Shown here in pieces: positions 12,401 through 26,276 of a stretch of DNA of 64,000 nucleotides. Positions within the stretch are counted from its first letter, which is position 1; the number at the start of each line of letters is the position of its first letter. The DNA comes from Mustelus asterias (Eukaryota). Below the pieces are notes generated by a model that was not told the origin of the DNA, did no database searches, and saw only the letters and a list, made by a program, of their open reading frames with translations. The stretch is taken from the NCBI RefSeq assembly GCF_964213995.1, contig NC_135830.1, positions 16,430,001 through 16,494,000 on the forward strand. The letters are read 5' to 3'. The position numbers and the translations under genes are program-made.

Positions 12401-13847
12401 AATATTCGATGGGAATAGGAGGGATTACCTTGATTATCTGTGCTTGACTAATGGACAATTGAATAAGTGATTGATGTAAGACCCCAAAAATAAGGTTTAT
12501 GAATGGGCCTTTGAGAGGGTAAATCACATCAGACAGCAAAGAACTTCTCAAAGTGATCCATCCATCCACACTTGTCCCTCTTCACTGGACATGTGAGAAA
12601 CAGGTTTATAGATGTGGCCTAATGTACAATGAATGATGACACTTTAAAATGGAAATTCCACGCAAGTTGCTGAAATCGAGTGTCTGTTGCCATGGCTACT
12701 GAGTAGGTTTGTGAATGTGCCAAAGACTCACAAGCAGAGCGATCAGTCTAAATCACTTCTGAAAGTTACTGTTGGATCTCCACCAGTCATTCAGACAATG
12801 TGTTCCAGATCGTCATAATTCACTGAGTAAAATAATCTCTCATCTCCATCCTGGATATTTTGCTAATTATTTTAAATCCGGGTTCTGTGGTTACCAACCA
12901 TCCCCACAATGGAAACAATTTCTCCCGATGGAGATGGAAAATGTTTTTTTTAAATCCACACCTCTATTAAATCATTCCTTAACCTTCTCAGCTTGAATAA
13001 GAACAATCCCAGCTGCTGCAGTCTCTCCACAGAACTAAAACGTCTCATCCCTGATACTATTCTGGGAAATTTTCCCTGCCCCCTCTCCAAGACCTTGACA
13101 TCTTTCCCAAAGTGCGGTGCTCAGCATTGAACACAATATTTCAGCTGGGGATTAATCAGTGATTTATAAAGATTTACTATAATTGTCTTGCTTTTGTACT
13201 CCATGTCTCCATTAATAAACGGAGGACCTATTAGTTTTATATTTAAACAGATTGATCAACTTGTCCTGTCACAGTAAAGCATTTGTGTACATCCACTCCC
13301 AGGTCACTGCATTCCTGCACTCTGTTTAAAATTGTCCCACTTAGTTTATTCTGCCTCTCCTCATTCTTCCTTCCAAAATCTATCATTGATTGTGAATCAC
13401 TTTGGGATGTTCTAAGGGTGTAAATGTTTCTGAATGAACACAAGAACTTTCTTTCTCTTTTACAGCTGATTTTGATTTTGTAGATTTTGCTCCAAAGATT
13501 AAGTAGGGATTGATATTCAAAGTTAATTACGTGACTGATCAGGAACAACTTTAGCTGGGAGTGAGTGAATTGAAATTTAAGTTAGTTTATTTGGTTGGCC
13601 AAAAAGATTTGAATCAGTGAATTGAGAGGAAAGATCCCAGACAGCGGTTCTTCAAGGTCCACTGCAGGCCTGACAGCTCGATCAGCTCAGGAGAGCTCAA
13701 CAACTCCACATACTGTCCACAGGGGAGTTCCCCTGCTGCAGTGGGACCAACATTCCTGTCTTAACTAACACTACCATGGGTTAATCGGTCTGACTGCTGT
13801 TTGTGGAATCTTACTGTGTACAAACTGACTTGAGAAACAGTAACAGC

Positions 13848-14412
13848 TTGTATAAGGTGTTGGTGAGGCCACACCTGGAGTACTATGTACAGTTTTGGTC
13901 TCCTTATTTGAGAAAGGATATCCTGACACTGGAGGGGGTGCAGAGGAAATTCATGAGGTTGATTCTGGAATTGAGGGGGTTGGCTTATGGGGAAAGACTT
14001 TGTGAACTGGGACTATACTCATTGGAATTCAGAAGAATGAGGGGAGATCTTATAGAAACATATCAAAGATTATGAAGGGAATGGATAAGATAGAAATAAG
14101 GAGGTTGTTTCCATTGGCAGGTGAAACTAGAACTAGGGGTCATGGCCTCAAAATAAGGCAGAGCAGATTTAGGACTGAGTTGAGGAGGAACTTGTGAATC
14201 AGTGGAATTCCCTGCCCACTGAAGCAGTTGAGGCTACCTCATTGAATGTTTTTAAGGCCAGATAGATAAGTTTGAACAGTAAATGAATTAAGGGTTATGG
14301 ACAGTGGGCGGGTAAGTGGAGCTGAGTCCACAAAAAGATCAATGATCTTATTAAATGGCAGAGCAGGCTCAAGGGACCAGATGACCTACACCTGCTCTTA
14401 GTTCTTATGTCT
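13848..14412 (+). mobile_element. CR1 LINE 3' end
   Basis: LYKVLVRPHLEYYVQFWSPYLRKDI...RRMRGDLIETY. Confidence 0.9.
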
Positions 14413-14798
14413 TTATAGAACGTGTTTAATGTAACAAAACATTCCACTATGCTTCAGAGGAGTTTGAGAAAGAAAAAACTGACACGGAGTCACATGGGAC
14501 AATATTCGGATAAATGGACAAAACCTTCATTGGAGAGGCAGATTTTAACAATCACCCTTAACCAGGAGAGAGTGTTGGAGAGGACAGAGAGCTTGAGGGA
14601 GCCTTTGAAAAGGAACTAACTTGTGTTTGTGATGTTAAAAGATTCAGACATTGGTATTTAACACAAAGCTGATTTATTTGACTTTTATCGAGAATATTAA
14701 CATCTATAAGTGGGCTGGAGTTTATTATCAGCAGAAATAGACCCTGATCAGCAATGTTCATTCCTGACTTGATTAACCACAAAATCTAATCATTGTAG

Positions 14799-15722
14799 TT
14801 ACTCATGAATTCGCTGGTGGGTCAGCAGGTCAGATGACTGAGTGAATCCCTTCCCACACTCGGAGCAGATGAACCGCCTCTCGCCAGAGTGAATTCGCTG
14901 GTGTCTCAGCAAGTGCGATGAGGTAGTGAATCCCTTTCCACACTTGGAGCATGTGAACGGTCTCTCCCCAGTGTGAACAAGCTGATGTGTCAGGAGGTCA
15001 GATGATCGAGTGAATCCCTTCCCACATTGGGAACAGGTAAACGGTTTCTCTTCAGTGTGGCCTCGCTGGTGTGTCAGCAGGTTGCATAACTGAGTGAATC
15101 CCTTCCCACAGTCAGAGCAGGTGAACGGCCTCTCCCCAGTGCGAACTCTCTGGTGTACAGTGAGATGAGATGAATGTCTGAACCCAGTCCCACAATGAGA
15201 GCACCTGAATGGTTTCTCATCAGTGTGAACACGTTGATGGGACAACAGTTCCCTGGAACTTTTAAAACATTTCCCGCAGTCTGAACATTTAAAAGGTTTC
15301 TGGTCAGTGTGAACTTGCTGGTGAGCCAGCAGATGAGACAAATGAGGGAATTTCTTTCCACATCTGGAGCAGGTAAATGGTTTCTCCCCTGAGTGAACTC
15401 GCTGGTGTGTCCGTAAGTTGGATGACTGAGTGAATCCCTTCCCACACTCAGAACAGGTGAATGGTCTCTCCCCAGTGTGAACTCGCTGGTGTATAATTAG
15501 CTGGGATAAGTGACTGAATCCTTTCCCACACTCAGAGCAGCTGATTGGTCTTTCCCCAGTGTGAGCACACTGGTGAGTTTCCAGCTCAGCTGAGGAGCTG
15601 AATACTTCTGCACATTCCTCACATTTGTGCTTTGACAGATCAGATGATTGGTTGAAGCCTCGTCCACACACAGAACACGTGTATGGTTTCTCCCCACTGT
15701 GACGAATGCTTTCTCCTTCCAT
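14799..15722 (-). CDS. C2H2 zinc-finger protein (ZNF-D), ~9-11 fingers
   Basis: ATG at 15722 (MEGES...), open finger array; the first two fingers are fused or degenerate. Confidence 0.85.
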   Translation of the reverse strand: MEGESIRHSGEKPYTCSVCGRGFNQSSDLSKHKCEECAEVFSSSAELETHQCAHTGERPISCSECGKGFSHLSQLIIHQRVHTGERPFTCSECGKGFTQSSNLRTHQRVHSGEKPFTCSRCGKKFPHLSHLLAHQQVHTDQKPFKCSDCGKCFKSSRELLSHQRVHTDEKPFRCSHCGTGFRHSSHLTVHQRVRTGERPFTCSDCGKGFTQLCNLLTHQRGHTEEKPFTCSQCGKGFTRSSDLLTHQLVHTGERPFTCSKCGKGFTTSSHLLRHQRIHSGERRFICSECGKGFTQSSDLLTHQRIHE

Positions 15723-17254
15723 GTTCAAAATCCAATAACATTCAGGCTACGATATTAAGGGTGACTCCGTCAGATCCTGATGTGATGTTTTGTTTGAGAC
15801 CAGACTGCAAATCCTCCCCTTCTAAAACCCTGTGAAATTGATTTAAAACAGAAAAAAGGGAGTGAGAGAGAACTCACAACAACACAAAGGCAGGTTGTCA
15901 AATTGAGCTGAATGAATCTGGTAATTTCTGGGGCCAGCAGGAGGAAAAAGTCACCATGAAGCTGCTGGATTGTCATAAAAACCCAGTTGCTTCTCCATGT
16001 GGACATGGAGAGAATGTGCAAATTCCACATAAAGTCAAATAGAAATATTCAGAATGTCACAAAGACGAGTGAACTGTCCAATTAATCCCATTCACTCTGC
16101 CAATTTACCTTCTGCAAGTATTTATCCCATTCCCTTTGAAAGTTACTATCAAACCTGCTTCTAGCACCTGTCAGTTTGTGCATTCCAGATCACATCAAAT
16201 TATTGTGTAAAACAATCTCCTTATCATGCCCTAAAGTTAGGCTGTCAATTATGTTAAATCTCTGTGTCCTCTGCTTACAGACCCTCCTGCTCCTGGGAAA
16301 TAGATTCTCTCCATTGACAGACCCTCCTGTTCCTGGGAAACAGTTCCTCTCCATTGACACTATCATAAATCATTTGTCATTTTAAACATCTCTATTAAAT
16401 CTCCCCATCATATTCCCTGATCTAAAAACCCGCGTTTTTCCTGTCCTGAAGAATCATATGGACTCAAAATGTTAACTGTTTCTCTCTGAACAGATGCTGC
16501 AGGACCTGCCGAGGTTTTCTGTTTTTCTCCCTGATTTTCCTTCCATAATCAATCAGAAACCCTTCATGATTTTGAACATCTTGATTAAATAGGAACACAC
16601 AAAGCCTGAGAAAGATACAGAGGAGAGACAGAAAGACTGAGAGAAAAATTGAGAGAGATTTTAAAAAGCAGAAAGTTGAGGTTGTCAAAGATAAAAGCTG
16701 AGAAACAGAGGAAACAAGCAACACAGAATGATATAAAATATAAAGGAGCAGGCTATCAGTTCCCGGCTATGGGGATCAGAGCGAACTCTGACTGATCCAC
16801 AAACACAGCCGGTTATATCTGGGAATGGAAACTCTGAACAGAAATAATAGGCTCATTTGTAAATGTCACCACAATGTGACCTGTGAGACTCTGCCCTGAC
16901 TCTGTGGACAGATATCGGCCGCATTGACAGATGTTCTCACGAGATTCTGGTCCCTGGATTTATTTTCTGCTCAGAAGTGAGATGTGAGGTTTGGAACCGG
17001 CAGCAGAGAAACAGGAAGTTGTGTTACCTGAGAATGAAACAGCCAGAGTCAGTTTGATGTTATCACCATGAACGGTCTTCCTGTCTGTGAGGGTGAACTC
17101 ACCCTGACAGCATCAAGAACAACCACATAGATTGCTACTGGTCTCAGCATTACATTCACCTCCATTCCCATGTTAAACAATAAATATGCATTCTCTCTAC
17201 TTTCTGACAGCCAATCTTCTATCAGAAGCAGTGCAGGGGGTAATATGTTACCCC

Positions 17255-18122
17255 CTGCACTACTAGCTTTTGTTTTCCATGATAACCTTTGCTGTGGCAC
17301 CTTATCACATGTTTTCTGGAATTCAATTCAGCAGATCCACAGGTTCCCTTCTATCCACACGTTACTTCTTCAAAGAACTACAATTGGTTAAACACAATTT
17401 CCCTTTCATTAAACTATGCTAACTCTTCCTGATTACCTTGAGTTTTTCAAAGTGGCCAGCTATAATCTCTTTAATGATTGATTCTAACATCTTCCCCACA
17501 ACAGATGTCTATCGAACTGGCCTAAATTTCCTGTCTTATGCCACCATCGTTCTTGAATTAGAGGGCTTATATTTGCTACTTTCCAGTCTGATGGAACCTC
17601 TCCAGAATCTAGGGAACTTTGGAAAATTAACACCAACAAATCTACTGTCACTATCTCATTAACCACCTTCTTAAGATGCTAGAATGAATTCCATCATGAC
17701 CCAGAGACTTGTCAGTTGCAGCTCCATCAGTTTGCTCAGTACAGCTTCCCACGTCATTGTAATTTCTCCTAGTTCCTCTCTCCCTTCCACCTCCCGATTT
17801 ACAGCTAGGACTGGCTGGTTTTGTATTTTCTATAGTGAAGATAGAAGCAAAGATTTGTTTATTTCATTGGCCATTTATTATCTATTATTACTCCCCATTC
17901 TCAAGAGAGCCAACACTCACCTTATTCCTCTTTTCCTTTTTAATGCCTATAGAAACTCTTGCTATTCATTTTTACATTCACAGCTAACTTCCTCTCATAC
18001 TCTAATGTTTTTCTTCCAATTAACCTTTTAGTCATTCTCTGCTTTTCTTTATATTCCAGCCAATCATCTGACCTGCCGCTCACCTCTGTGTAGCTATACA
18101 CTTTTCCCTTAAGTTTGATGCT
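17255..18122 (-). mobile_element. CR1 LINE ORF2 fragment
   Basis: IFQSSLDSGEVPSDWKVANISPL; EYERKLAVNVKMNSKSFYRH. Confidence 0.8.
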
Positions 18123-18789
18123 TTGAGGAAGAAGGAGACAGGGAGATGGAGAGCCCTTCAAAAGGAACTATTTAAAAATAATAACAATTCGTGGGGTGCG
18201 GGCATTGCTGGCAAGACCAGCATTTGTTGCCCAACTTTTGAGATTCCCATCGGAGCTGTAAACATTTAGATTAAATCCCACCATCAAAAAATTATTTCCC
18301 AGCTGAATGTGAAAATTGACTCACTCAGTCATCCCATTTACTGATACAACAGCACAATTACACCAGAGCAAGACCACTCAAACACTTAACATTTGCAAAG
18401 GGATTTCCTCAGTAGTTAACTTTAAAAGCTCAAAGCATTTTAAATACTCCTCTTATTGGCGAGGGATAGATTAACTGTTCTGTCTATGAGGGCACAAATC
18501 ACTTGTTCACCCCAACGAGTTCACATTTAAATGCAGGTGATTGTAATGTTATCAATCACACCCAGGACAGAAGTGTGCTGGAATACCTATGCTGCTTAGT
18601 TGCTGTATGAAGTGATGTAACACATTTGAACCTTGGCCTAATGGTACCAATCATAATCAGATCGCAAATCATATTTTCTATTGAACGACATGCGTTTGAA
18701 TGGCGAGGTGGTTACCCAACATTCTCTGCGGGTGAGACTGTGCCCTATCCAACAGTACTGCAATTGTTACGCAAGCGGGGTACCTGGCA

Positions 18790-19120
18790 CTGACTGGAAC
18801 ATGCGCAGTGTCTGACTCTGACCAGAGCATGCGCATTCCGGGCTGCGACTGGAGCTGCGAGGAGCCGGAAAGAAACAATGGAGTGAGGTTCAGTAATGGA
18901 GCCGCTGGGTGACCGGGGAGGGATAGAAGCAGCGGAATGGGCTGGGAGGCTTCATAAATACCTGTGGATGCCTCAATCCAGATAACATGTTCCCGGTATC
19001 GTTTCAAGCGGTACAGAACATGGTCGGAGCTGAGCGGCTCCAGGCCCGGGTTACCGGCCGCCATCTTTATAGGAACAATGTGCAGCAGGGCGCATACGCT
19101 GTGAGCCTGGACCGGTTACC
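18790..19120. promoter_or_regulatory. CpG island, candidate bidirectional promoter between ZNF-D (-) and ZNF-E (+)
   Basis: CATGCGCA motifs, CCGCCATCTTT (YY1-like) and locally high CpG density. Confidence 0.5.
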
Positions 19121-20631
19121 AACTCTCCCGGATTGGACTGGAGTCTCCAGGAATTTTCTATTTGTCCAGGGAATGTGGGAATTGCTGGCTGGACCAGTAT
19201 TTATTGTCCATCCCTAATTGTCCTTGAATTGAGTGGTTTGCTAGGCCATCTCAGAGGGCATTTTAAGAGGCACCCACATTGCTGTGGAGATATATTTAGA
19301 CTCGAACGGGTAAGGATGGCAGATATTTTTCCTAATTCATTCACACTGTGGGTGTCCCTGGCTGGGCCAGCATTCATCACCCATTTCTATTTGTCCTTGA
19401 ACTAAGTTTCAGAGGACATTTTAAGAGTCAACCACATTGCAGTGGATCTCGAGTCACATATAGACTAGACCAGGTAAGGAGAGCAGATTTCCTTCCCTCA
19501 AAGACATTAGTGAACTAGATGGGTTTTTACAACAACGAACAATGATTTCATGGTCATCAGTAGGCTTTTAGTTCCAGATTTTAATTATATTCAAAATTCA
19601 CCATACCATAGGATCATAGAATCCCCGCAGTGCAGAAGGAAGCCATTTGGCCCATCACCCAGCCCTATCCGTGTAACCCTGTACATTTAGCATAGCTAGT
19701 CCACCTAACCTACACATCTTTGAACTGTGGGATTCAAACCTGCATCTCTGGAAAATTGTCTGGACATTAAAAAATATACTTTTTTGTAATTTCGTTTGAA
19801 TATTTCTCTTCACTGGGTATTAAAATATTGACAATAGATAAAAGTTGTTTGGTTGACCATCAATCGTCCTGTAACGTGATGAGTCTTTTTGCTTTCCAAT
19901 TGGCCTAGGAAGGCAGTGTGGAATGAGGTTGGACGATGGGGGCAACATAAAAGATGTGATAAAACCTCCAGGAATACATTTAATCACAGTTGGCGATTAT
20001 GGAGTAGAGAATGTTGTGAATTTCTATCCTGGACAGACAGTGATGGTTTCTGTAAATTTACAGGGTGCTGGAAGTGGAGAATTGACAGACGCGAAACACA
20101 AATCAAACATCACATCGTGATCTGATGGAGTCACTCGAAAAAATCAGGACCTGGATATCAGCAGCTTCTGAATGTGGAAGGTAACAGGTTTGTCGATTCT
20201 GTCTGAGAGAGAAGATTTCAGGTCTCAGTGTGACTGGAAAAGCCCTGAGATTCACAAATCCTGGAGAACTGTGCTTGGTTCTGAGCAACATACCTTAGGA
20301 AGGACAGAATGGCTTTGGAGGGAGTGTAGCACAGATTTGCCTGAGTGATATTTGAACTCCCCAGGTTAAATCACAAGGTGAGATTACAGGAAGTCATTAT
20401 AGCACAGAGGAGGCCATTTGGCCCATTGAGTCCATGTCATCTGTCTAGAGCAATCCAGTCCCATTCCCCTGCTCTATCCTCATATCTTTGCAGATTTCTT
20501 TTCCTCCAATGTCTATCCAATTTCCTTTTGAAATTATTCATCATGTCCATTTCCACCCCAATCATGGGCAGCAAGTTTTGGGTCATTAGCCCTCACTGTC
20601 TAAAAACACTCTTCCTCACATCTCCTGTACT

Positions 20632-21390
20632 AAAGAACAAAACAAAGAACAAAGAAAATTATAGTGCAGGAACAGGCCCTTTGGCCCTCCAAGCCTGCAT
20701 CACCTTGCTGCCTGACTGAACTAAAACCCCCTACCCTTCCAGGGACCATATCCCTCTATTCCCATCCTATTCATGTATTTGTCAAGACACCCCTTAAAAG
20801 TCACTATCAGATCTGCTTCCACTACCTCACCCGGCAGTGAGTTCCAAGCACCCACCACCCTCTGTGTAAAAAAACTTGCCTCGTACATTTCCTTTAAAAC
20901 TTGCCCCTCGCACCTAAACCTGTGACCCCTAATAATTGACTCTTCCACCCTGGGAAAAAGCTTCTGATTATCCACTCTATCCATGCCCCTCATAATCTTG
21001 TAGACTTGTATCAAGTCATCCCTCAACCTCCATCGTTCCAGTGAGAATAAACCAAGTTTCTCCAACCTCTCCTCATAGCTAATGCCCTCCATACCAGGCA
21101 ACATCCTGATAAATCTTTTCTGTACCTTCTCCAAAGCCTCCACATCCTTCTGGTAGTGTGGCGACCAGAATTGAACACTATATTCCAAGTGTGGCCTAAC
21201 CAAGGTTCTATAAAGCTGCAACATTACTTGCCAATTTTTAATCTCAATGCCCTGGCCGATGAAGACAAGCACGCTATTTGCCTTCTTGACTACCTTCTCC
21301 ACCTGCATTGCCACTTTCAGTAACCTGTGTGCCTGTACACCCAGATCCCTCTGCCTATCAATACCCTTAAGGGTTCTGCCATTTACTGTA
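20632..21390 (-). mobile_element. CR1 LINE 3' end
   Basis: MLQLYRTLVRPHLEYSVQFWSPHY...FFTQRVVGAWNSLP; (TTCTTTG)n tail. Confidence 0.9.
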
Positions 21391-21482
21391 AAGGAGCATT
21401 TGAGTTGATGTAACATTGAGATTCGCAAAATGTTGAGCAATCATGTAGACTTTGCTCATGTTTAATGAGAAAGATCCAACAG

Positions 21483-21549
21483 TGTTTCGGCCCGATTTCG
21501 AACCGGGCACATTTCGTGTGTGAAGCGAACGTGATAACACGACAGAAAC
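21483..21549 (-). pseudogene. tRNA-Val(CAC) pseudogene
   Basis: Aligns to vertebrate tRNA-Val with a 6-nt deletion in the D arm and substitutions. Confidence 0.75.
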
Positions 21550-22634
21550 AACTGTTTACATACAAATTAGGAGCAGCAGTCGGCCACTCGGCCCCGCTCT
21601 CCCATTCAGTAAGATTGTGGCTGATCTCATTTTAATCTCAACTTCACGTTCCTGCCTACTCCCGATAACCTTCCACCTCCTTGCTTATCAAGAATCTATC
21701 CAGCTCTGCTGTAAGATATTCAAGGACTCTGCCTCAACCACCTTTGCAGGAAGAATATTCCAAAGTCTCACAATCCTTTGAGAAAAAAAATCCTCATCTC
21801 TAATTTAGACGGGTGACCCCTTACTTTGTGGTGCCGAGTTTAAAATTCTCCCACAAGAGGAAATGTCCTTTCCACATCCACCCTGTCAAGTCCCCTCAGG
21901 ATCTTATATGGTTCAATCAAGGTTTTACCCAAAACCTTAAATCTGTCCCCCTGGTCCTTGTACGATCAGCAAATGGAAACAGATTTTCTTTATCCACCTG
22001 ATCGAAACCTGTCAGAATCTTGTGTACCTGAATCAAATCTCCCCTCAACTTCCTTTACTGGAACCATTCCGGTAAATCTCTGCACCTTCTCAAGGATCTT
22101 TATATCCTTCCTGAAGAGCGGGGACCAGAGCTTTATAAATATTCAGAATAACTTCCCTGTTTATATATCAATATCACACTTTATGAAGCTCGGGGTCAAA
22201 TTTGCTTTGCTAATTACTCTCTTAATATGTCTTGTAGAAATACAAAATCCCTCTCCTTCACCTCTTTCTCCTCCCAGAGAGGCCAGTTGGGTTTTTGTGA
22301 CAATCCGGCAGTTTTCATGGTCAATGTTTCTCAGCGCCGACCCCACAAATTCCCAGATTCATTCAGATCAATTTGACAAGCTGCCTGTGTGTTTCTGTGG
22401 GCTCTCTCTCTCTCACTCCGTGTCTCCTGTTTTAAATCAGTTTTACAGGGTGTTAGAAGGGGAGAGTTTGACAAGCTGCCTGTGTGTTTCTGTGGGCTCT
22501 CTCTCTCTCACTCCGTGTCTCCTGTTTTAAATCAGTTTTACAGGGTGTTAGAAGGGGAGAGTTTGACAAGCTGCCTGTGTGTTTCTGTGGGCTCTCTCTC
22601 TCTCACTCCGTGTCTCCTGTTTTAAATCAGTTTT

Positions 22635-23421
22635 GATGTGGAGATGCCGGCGTTGGACTGGGGTAAACACAGTAAGAAGTTTAACAACACCAGGTTAAAG
22701 TCCAACAGGTTTATTTGGTAGCAAAAGCCAACGTTGTCTACCTGATACGCTGCAAGAAAGGATGTCCCGAGGCATGGTACATTGGGGAAACTATGCAGAC
22801 GCTGCGACAACGGATGAATGAACACCGCTCGACAATCACCAGGCAAGACTGTTCTCTTCCTGTTGGGGAGCACTTCAGCGGTCACGGGCATTCGGCCTCT
22901 GATATTCGGGTAAGCGTTCTCCAAGGCGGCCTTCGCAACACACGACAGCGCAGAGTCGCTGAGCAGAAACTGATAGCCAGGTTCCGCACACACAAGGACG
23001 GCCTCAACCGGGATATTGGGTTTATGTCACACTATTTCACATAAATATTTCTGCTTTTTTCCTCCTGAGTCTTTATCATGCGATCCTAGAATCAGAATTT
23101 ATGTCACACTATTTGTAACTCCCACAGTTGCGTGGACCTGCAGAGTTTCACTGGCTGTCTTGTCTGGAGACAATACACATCTTTTTAGCCTGTCTTGATG
23201 CTCTCTCCACTCCCATTGTTTTGTTTCTTAAAGACTGGATTAGTTGTAAGTATTCGCATTCCAACCATTATTCATGTAAATTGAGTCTGTGTCTTATAAG
23301 TTCTGTTTGTGAACAGAATTCCCACTCACCTGAAGAAGGGGCTCAGAGCCTCGAAAGCTTGTGTGGCTTTTGCTACCAAATAAACCTGTTGGACTTTAAC
23401 CTGGTGTTGTTAAACTTCTTA
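22635..23421 (+). mobile_element. Penelope-like retroelement, 5'-truncated, with inverted terminal repeat and 13-bp target-site duplication
   Basis: GIY-YIG peptide ANVVYLIRC...WYIGET...RMNEHR...GLNRD. Inverted repeat at ~22673-22730 / 23365-23421. TSD TTAAATCAGTTTT at 22622-22634 and 23422-23434. Confidence 0.9.
23326..23364 (+). ncRNA. Minimal hammerhead-ribozyme motif in the Penelope pseudo-LTR
   Basis: TCAC-CTGAAGA-A-GGGGCT/CAG/AGCCTC-GAAA-GCTT-GTGT; palindromic AAGCTT stem III. Confidence 0.6.
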
Positions 23422-23803
23422 TTAAATCAGTTTTACAGGGTGTTAGAAGGGGAGAGTTTGACAAGCTGCCTGTGTGTTTCTGTGGGCTCTCTCTCTCTCA
23501 CTCCGTGTCTCCTGTTTTAAATCAGTTTTACAGGGTGTTAGAAGGGGAGAGTTTGACAAGCTGCCTGTGTGTTTCTGTGGGCTCTCTCTCTCTCACTCCG
23601 TGTCTCCTGTTTTAAATCAGTTTTACAGGGTGTTAGAAGGGGAGAGTTTGACAAGCTGCCTGTGTGTTTCTGTGGGCTCTCTCTCACTCCGTGTCTCCTG
23701 TTTTAAATCAGTTTTACAGGGTATCAGAAGTGGAGAGTTTGCCGCTGGGAAGCTCACGGAGTGGCTCAATTTATCGTAACTTTGATATCATCAGATTTGG
23801 AAC

Positions 23804-24673
23804 ATGGAAGGAAAAAGCACATTTCACAGTGGGAAGAATCCGTACACGTGTTGTGTGTGTGGACACGGCTTCAGACAATCATCTGACCTCTGGAGACACA
23901 ATTGCAGTCACACTGAGGAGAAACTGTGGAAATGTGGTGACTGTGGGAAGGGATTCATTTCCCCATCCAAGCTGGAAATGCATTGGCGCAGTCACACTGG
24001 GGAGAGGCCATTTACCTGCCCCACATGTGGGAAGGGATTCACTCAGTCATCCTCTCTGTTCACACACCAGCGAGTTCACTCCAGCGAGAGACCATTCACC
24101 TGCTCCGAGTGTGGGAAGGGATTCACTATTTCAGCCCACCTGCTGAGTCACCAGCGAGTTCACACTGAGGAGAGACCTTTCAAATGTCCAGACTGTGGAA
24201 AGTGCTATAAAAGTTCTGGGGAGCTGATGCGCCATCAACGTGTTCACACTGATGAGAGACCGTTCCGGTGCTCTCACTGTGGGACTGGGTTCAGACGATC
24301 GTCTGACCTCACTGTTCACCAGCGGGTTCACTCTGGGGAGAGACCGTTCACCTGCTCTGAGTGTGGGAAGGGATTCATTCAGTCATCTGACCTGCTGAAA
24401 CACCAGCGAGTTCACACTGGGGAGAGGCCATTTATCTGCTCTGAATGTGGGAAGGGATTCACTACCTCATCGATCCTGCTGACACACCAGCGAGTTCACA
24501 CAGACAAGAAACCTTTTAAATGTCCAAACTGTGAGAAATGCTACAAAACCTCTGAGAAACTGATGTCCCATCAACGTGTTCACACTGACGAGAGACCTTT
24601 CAGATGCTCTCACTGTGGGACTGCGTTCAGACAAATCAACTCAACTAACTGCACACCAGCGAGTTCACACTGA
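23804..24673 (+). CDS. C2H2 zinc-finger protein (ZNF-E), 9 intact fingers then a frameshift
   Basis: 289-aa ORF; a frameshift at ~24635 ends it, while decayed fingers continue to ~24918. Confidence 0.75.
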   Translation: MEGKSTFHSGKNPYTCCVCGHGFRQSSDLWRHNCSHTEEKLWKCGDCGKGFISPSKLEMHWRSHTGERPFTCPTCGKGFTQSSSLFTHQRVHSSERPFTCSECGKGFTISAHLLSHQRVHTEERPFKCPDCGKCYKSSGELMRHQRVHTDERPFRCSHCGTGFRRSSDLTVHQRVHSGERPFTCSECGKGFIQSSDLLKHQRVHTGERPFICSECGKGFTTSSILLTHQRVHTDKKPFKCPNCEKCYKTSEKLMSHQRVHTDERPFRCSHCGTAFRQINSTNCTPASSH

Positions 24674-25117
24674 CCAGAGACCTTTTAAATGCCCAGACTG
24701 TGAGAAGTGCTATAAACGTTCTGGGGAACTGACGCGACATCAACGTGTTCACACTGATTCAGGTGCTCTCACTGTGGGACTGGTGCGATCTTGTGCGATC
24801 TTCTCAACTCTCTGTACACCAACGAATTCACACTGGGGAGAGACCATTCACCTGCTCTGAGTGTGGGAATGAATGTACGACTTCATCCCACCTGCTGAGA
24901 CTCCAGTGAGTTCACAAGTAACGACAGTGATTGGATGTTGCTGTTACTCACATTCAGGATTGAACCATCTTCATTAGGGTCCGTTTACACTGGTAATAAA
25001 CCCCAACCACTTTAGGGGCTAATATTCTCACTAAAAGTCAAATAAATCAGCTTTGCGTCAAACTCACACACTGTGTTGACTCTTTTTAATATCTCAAACA
25101 TAATAACAGATAACACA

Positions 25118-25630
25118 TACATGGCCACTCTCCTCACTGTGAATCCTTCAATCTTTTCCAGGCTGTGTAACTGGTCAAAGCTCTTTCCACAGTCAGTTCA
25201 CTGGAATACTCTCACTCGAGTGTATGTGTCTCAGTGATTTTCCAGTCACGCTGATGTTTAAACAGTTTGAAGGAACAGACAAACATTTCCCATTCTAGTT
25301 TCAAATGCCGATGGTATTCAGATCCTGAATAATTGGGTGACTCTGTCAGATCCTAACGTCATGTTTGTTGAGATTTGTGTCTGTAAATTCTCCCCTTCTA
25401 ATAACCTGTGAAAGAAATTCACAAAAATCATTGCTGTCAGTACAGGATAAAAACTCAGAACAGACAATTCTAGTTTCTGTGGAACATTTTTTCCTCTCAT
25501 TCTTGAAAATTTGTAAATCTCCATCCCAAACACTCTCCCTCCATTCTCACTTTGCTGGACCTGAAATAGACATTGTCCTGAGGGTGCTGATTCATCCTAA
25601 TCGACAGATCCGTGCTGACTGTTTCATGTA
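25118..25630 (-). pseudogene. Orphan ZNF 5' module (acceptor and degenerate fingers) with no finger array
   Basis: Homologous to 1150-1660 and 39240-39760 but lacks the coding array. Confidence 0.7.
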
Positions 25631-26075
25631 CAGGACACATATTCCTGAAATCTTCACACAGGCTTGTGTCTAAGCATATCAAAAATTTGCATATTTAGTG
25701 AAGTAAAAATGTATGCAATATTCAGAACTCTATTACATGATTAGAGATACAGATGGGTGCGGAAGAACTTGACTTAGGGAGCAAGCAATCATGTTCTGGA
25801 ACTCACTGACGATGAGAGTGGTGGAAGTGGAGACGACCAGTGATTTCAAAATAAAATTGGTCGGGCACTTGAAGGAATTAAACATACTGGGGAACAGGGA
25901 TATCGAGGAAAAATGGCACTGAGTGGATTCCCCGACAGAGACTTGGCACGGACTCAAGTTGCTGAATTGATTTATCTTGTGCTCTGATGACTCTTTGACT
26001 GGAAAATATACAGTGTAGTTACAACATCAACTGTAATACAAATCCATAAATAACATACCTATTATGCACCATATA

Positions 26076-26276
26076 GTAAGAAGTATCACAACACCAGGTT
26101 AAAGTCCAACAGGTTTATTTGGAATCACAAGCTTTCAGAGTGCTGCCTCTTCATCAGGTGAGAAGGAGCAGCGCTCTGAAAGCTCGTGATTCCAAATAAA
26201 CCCGTTGGATTTTAACCAGGTGTAGTGAGCCTTCTTACTGTGCCCACCCCAGTCCAACACCGGCATCTCCACATCA
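26076..26276. mobile_element. Penelope-derived hairpin mini-element with 13-bp target-site duplication
   Basis: Two inverted pseudo-LTR copies; TSD TATGCACCATATA at 26063-26075 and 26277-26289; hammerhead motif on the minus strand at 26125-26161. Confidence 0.8.

Larger units (their letters stand above)
22372..23742 (+). repeat. 95-bp tandem repeat (~6 copies) containing the ZNF-E splice acceptor, interrupted by a Penelope element
   Basis: Units start at about 22372, 22467, 22562, 23457, 23552 and 23647; each carries a pyrimidine tract plus TTTTACAG|GG. Confidence 0.9.
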
